A stretch of DNA of 64,000 bases, taken from an uncultured Gammaproteobacteria bacterium. GTDB taxonomy: Bacteria; Pseudomonadota; Gammaproteobacteria; JACCXJ01. Of the stretch, positions 60,221 to 64,000 are shown piece by piece. A program made the translations under genes and the position numbers. The notes under the pieces are model-generated. The model saw only the letters and a program-made list of their open reading frames with translations, ran no database searches and had not been told where the DNA came from. Within the stretch, counting starts at the first letter, position 1, and every line of letters starts with the position of its first letter. Where the stretch lies: NCBI GenBank assembly GCA_963764725.1, contig CAVXTM010000001.1:128001-192000 (forward strand), in the 5' to 3' direction.

Positions 60221-61057
60221 TTAACTCGCCGGCCCTTTGCAGCAGATGACAAAGTCGTCCGCGTAGGAGACGATACGCGCTTGGTAGCGCCTCTCACACC
60301 CCAACCGCTTCCACCCCAGAATGAACCGGCGCATATACAGATTGGCCAGCAAGGGTGAAATCGGTGATCCCTGAGGAACACCCCGTTGACTGTCACGGTT
60401 TTGGGTCGTACGTCGCTTGCGTCCCCGCTCGTTTGTCTCCTCAACCGGGGCTTCGAGCCACATCTTAATCAGATGTAACATCTGCCGGTCTACCACCCGG
60501 CGCGCTACCGATGTCATCAACTCCGTATGCGGAAGACTGTCGAAATAACCGGACAAATCCGCTTCCACGACTTGCGTGTGTCCGGTGTTGAGCAAGCTGT
60601 GCACTTCTCTCACCGCCGTCAGGGCGTTGCGCTCTGGCCGATAGGCGTGTTGCTCGGGTGGCAGGTCGGCTTCGAATATCGGCGCTAGCACCACTACCGC
60701 TGCCGTCTGAACCACCCTGTCACGTATCGGGGGTATGCCGATGGGCCGCAATTTTCCATTCGGCTTCTTCAGGTATACCCGCCGGACCGCCTGGGGTCGA
60801 TACGTCTTCTTCCTGAGGTCTTCCGCCAGTTCCCCAAGCCAGCGCTCTACGCCGTACGCCTCGATGTCCTCGAACCGTTCCTCGTCCACGCCCGCCGCCC
60901 CCTTGTTGGCTTTGCAGCAGACGTAGGCGTGTTGCAGAACATCTCCGCGGTGCACCTTGTCATACAGGAGGTAGAACCGATACTCGGGTGCTTCCTTCGC
61001 TTTGACATGTAACGCCGTCTGTAGCTTCTGAATACTTTCCGGAGTTGCCAGGGTCAT
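60221..61057 (-). pseudogene. ltrA: Group II intron reverse transcriptase/maturase, truncated after YADD
   Basis: RPIGIP.IRDR, ADLSGYFD, GVPQGSPISPLLAN, YADD; no thumb/X domain. Confidence 0.9.
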
Positions 61058-61564
61058 CCCCAATCTCCTATTCCTCACCACGTCTTGCGTTGGCCTTGAA
61101 CCGAGGCACCTTCCCTCCACCGGCATTACCCGGCTTCAACGGTAACTACGAGCCTCTCCGTCACCCCATCGCGCACGGCCTCACCCTCACGGGCGTCCGT
61201 TTGGTCACCACGCCCCGACCACACGATGGGGCTTCCCGTGTTGCAGCGGTCTTCCCCTTGTAGGCATGCTGTCGCCAATACCCCGGCGGAACCCCTGGGT
61301 GCCCTCTTCGCTCGCTTCCCCAAGAATGTCAGCCTTCCCCGAATTCTCGGTCGGGTCGGCTTCCGCATTACCCTTTTCGAGGCTTGCTCAGCGTTCACTC
61401 ACATTACGGCCTGCCTACTCGCCAAGTCACCTAACGTGACCCTCTACACCAGAGGCTTCAGCCCCTTCGTTACCTCCGCGACTGCTCCGATTGCTACCGG
61501 CTGGAGCGAAAGTTGCCGGGCGGGGTTCGCACCCGCTGAAAGACCGTGCCTTTGCACGGCGCAC
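60221..61564 (-). mobile_element. Group II intron, 5' part (domains V/VI lost)
   Basis: 5' end GTGCG at 61564 on the minus strand; ~500 nt structured leader; RT ORF truncated. Confidence 0.88.
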
Positions 61565-61576
61565 GAGAAAGTTGGG

Positions 61577-62270
61577 CTAGAGAAGATGCAGACGATGAAA
61601 CTCTCCGCAATGGCCGAAGCCTCGCCTAGGACTCCTCATCGATACCGAATGGACCGCGCGGGAAAACCGTAAACTCGCTCGACGCCTGCGCGCGGCCAAG
61701 ATGCGCCATGCCGCTTCCATTGAAAACATCGACTTTAAACCCCCCCGCGGCCTAAACCGCCAAGAGATCCTCGCCTTAGGAAGCTGTGCCTGGATCCAAG
61801 GGCATCATAACTTGCTCATCATCGGACCGACCGGCATCGGGAAGTCCTATCTCTGCTGCGCGTTTGTCGAGCGCGCCTGCCGGCAAGGCTACACGGCTTA
61901 CTATGCCCGAGCACCCCGCTTGCTCCATGAGCTTGCCATCGGACGAGGCGATGGCTCCTATACGCGGCTCCTCAACCGTCTCGCCCGTTTCGATCTCTTG
62001 GCCATCGATGATTGGCTCCTCGGACCACTGAAAGACACCGAGCGCCGCGATCTCATGGAAGTAATCGAGGACCGATCCGAATGTGCCTCCACCTTGATCG
62101 CAACCCAGCTCCCCATCAAAGACTGGCATGCCGTCATCGGGGATCCGAATCAGGCCGATGCGATCTGCGACCGGCTGCTTCACAATGCCCACCGCATCGA
62201 ATTGAAAGGCGCTTCCATGCGTAGGACCAAGAGCGCTCCCAAACCCACAGAGGATGGGCAAAATGCGTGA
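61577..62270 (+). pseudogene. istB: IS21 helper ATPase IstB, interrupted and internally deleted
   Basis: ATG at 58223 cut off by IS1634; LEKMQTMKL..MAEA then frame jump to RLGLLIDTE; GPTGIGKS, LAIDD, DAICDRL. Confidence 0.9.
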
Positions 62271-62602
62271 GCGACGGACTTCTCACCAACCCAACACGGA
62301 GAACCCGATGTCCTTAAAAGGAGGGTACCCAAGGTAGGGGTCGAGCCGAGATCGAGGCTCCTAGGCGATTACAGGCGGTCATTTTTCATCGCCGCCCCGC
62401 CCAATCGTCCTCGACAAGCTTCCGAAGGTATTCGACAATGCTCGCGATGAGGACGTAAAACCGAACACTTACTTCCCGTCATCTAGGAGAAAATACAGCT
62501 AAACAAAACGCGTCGTCACTTCGTTCCGATGAGTGATCAAGCAGTTCGGAATCCGTGATCACAATTCCGCGGAATTAGCGATCACAATCGCTGGAATATG
62601 CA

Positions 62603-62874
62603 CTGACCGAGTAAGTGCCGAAGTCGAGATCCGTCCGGCACCATGCGACGAGCTTCTCGTTGATGTCCGTGCCGTGAAACCGGACCTTTCCGGCGAGCGG
62701 CTTCCACCAGCGGATCACACGCCCGCAGCCCACCCCAAAGTCCAGCACGTCACGCAGCTGCTCCACCCTGACACCGTGTTTAGAACACACTTGCTCGATG
62801 AGCTGCGCCGCACGTTGCCCAAGCTCCAAGAACCGGATCGGATCGATGCTATGGGCGACGAGGTGGATCAACAA
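62603..62874 (-). pseudogene. Class I SAM methyltransferase 5' fragment, split by IS21
   Basis: VLDFGVGCGRV, GTDIN...VAWC; ends at the IS21 right end. Confidence 0.8.
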
Positions 62875-62959
62875 TCGCTGGGGAGAAGATTCTCCTTTCG
62901 GATTCGCTTCTGATCTTCCGACAGGACATGTTCGAACGGGTACTCATTCATTGGATAAA

Positions 62960-63330
62960 GGGGTGGACGGTATCCATTTCGGGGTACGGCTGGAGGATGC
63001 GGCCCAGTGCATTCTGGTGGTGATTGGCGCCACCGCCGAGGGTAACAAAGAATTGTTGGCGCTTGCCGACGGCTATCGGGAAAGTGAAGCCTCTTGGCGG
63101 GAGGTGCTATTGGATCTGAAAGCCCGCGGCCTATCCATCGATCCGCATCTGGCCACCGGCGATGGGTACACAAGACGGCTAACGTATTGAACAAGCTGCC
63201 TAAGAGCCAACAACCCAAGGCCAAGGTGGCGCTGCAGGAGATCTGGATGGCGGCCACCCGGCAAGAGGCCGAGCGCGCCTTCGATCACTTTTTGACCCTC
63301 TACCGTCCCAAGTATCCGAAAGCCGCGACG
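62960..63330 (+). pseudogene. IS256-family transposase fragments
   Basis: VDGIHFGVRLED..QCILVVIGAT..G.KEL, DGYRES..SW, GDG then WVHKTANVLNKLPKS.Q; internal deletion. Confidence 0.8.
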
Positions 63331-63606
63331 GCCACGATAAGAGACACTGAGCTTCGCCTCGATCCAATGCCGCAGCGTCGGCGTCCACTTCACGGACGTT
63401 CCATTAGGCCGGAACCGCTGACCCTGAGGCTACCTTGGCGGTAGTCGCTCCATTTACTCTATGCTGACACGATCGTCACGCCAGCTACGATCCACCTTTT
63501 TCACCTCGGCCTCCTAATTCGCGCTGCGAGCGACCAAAGACTGCAACCCCTATGTTTCCGCGCCGGCTTCGGTGCTACCTCTGTGTCGTCGGCCATTTTG
63601 CTATTC

Positions 63607-64000
63607 TTATGGCTTCTGCAGGACGCAAACGGCCTGTGCACCAGAAAATTTAGAGATGATTTCCCTTAGGCGAAAGTATCGGCTCCATTGACGGGCGACA
63701 TATGCATTTGAATGAAACACGTTGCACCTATATGGATCATCTCCCCGAAATGTCGAAACATGCCGACCATCCGGCATATCCTCTATTCCTATCAAATCGT
63801 CTCGGAATTTGAAGAATGTTTCGTTAAGAAATGGAGGCATGTTCTTCCAAGTAACTTCATTATGTATAGTTATTAGTGCAATTGACCCCCGTTTCAAAAT
63901 CCTCCTCAGTTCGAGTAACCAGGCGGTCTCTGTCTCGTCAATATGTGTGAAAACCGACATCGCTATGATCAGATCAACCGAATTGTCTTCGATCGGCAGC
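63607..64000 (-). CDS. Class I SAM methyltransferase, 3' part (starts beyond window)
   Basis: LPIEDNSVDLIIAMSVFTH, WLLELRRILK.G; paralogous to the split gene. Confidence 0.8.
   Translation of the reverse strand, partial: LPIEDNSVDLIIAMSVFTHIDETETAWLLELRRILKRGSIALITIHNEVTWKNMPPFLNETFFKFRDDLIGIEDMPDGRHVSTFRGDDPYRCNVFHSNAYVARQWSRYFRLREIISKFSGAQAVCVLQKP

Larger units (their letters stand above)
58230..61576 (-). mobile_element. IS1634-family element inserted at the istB start
   Basis: 12-bp terminal IRs CCCAACTTTCTC (58230-58241) / GAGAAAGTTGGG (61565-61576); YTAG flanks; internal TGTAGTG(G/T)AGACC repeats near both ends. Confidence 0.85.
55101..62602 (+). mobile_element. IS21-family element carrying nested insertions
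   Basis: Ends TGTGTATTCC...GGAATATGCA; multiple ATTGTGATC subterminal repeats at both ends; flanks TTGAC/CTGAC; contains istA and istB. Confidence 0.9.

Noticed and set aside
60221-61126. RT as a retron, DGR or defence RT
   Set aside because: GTGCG 5' end, long structured leader and group II-type motifs; truncation explains the short length

Overview
Bacterial chromosome segment, most likely from a gammaproteobacterium (gene order tgt-queA, lpxK-ycaR-kdsB, infA-ate-aat, plus dksA and a FleQ-like regulator). It has three parts. (1) 1-19.2 kb: mostly housekeeping genes, plus a higBA module and an unusual periplasmic three-gene set: a lipoprotein MauG/CcP-type diheme enzyme, a Tat-exported metallophosphoesterase and a SoxA/TsdA-like monoheme cytochrome c. 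(2) 19.2-54.8 kb: a ~35 kb Wzm/Wzt-dependent surface polysaccharide locus. It encodes GDP-fucose synthesis, a Kdn-type ulosonic acid route with extra transketolase/ALDH/SDR/dioxygenase enzymes, three sulfotransferase-fold proteins and a coiled-coil 'ruler' protein with a 42-bp tandem repeat. (3) 54.9-63.4 kb: a decayed nest of mobile elements. An IS21 element splits a methyltransferase gene and contains an ISKra4 fragment and an IS1634 element, whose terminal repeat is interrupted by a group II intron. A 141-bp IS5-type MITE occurs three times, each time at a stop codon. No tRNA, rRNA or CRISPR array was seen. All family assignments come from motif recognition by eye; no database searches were run.
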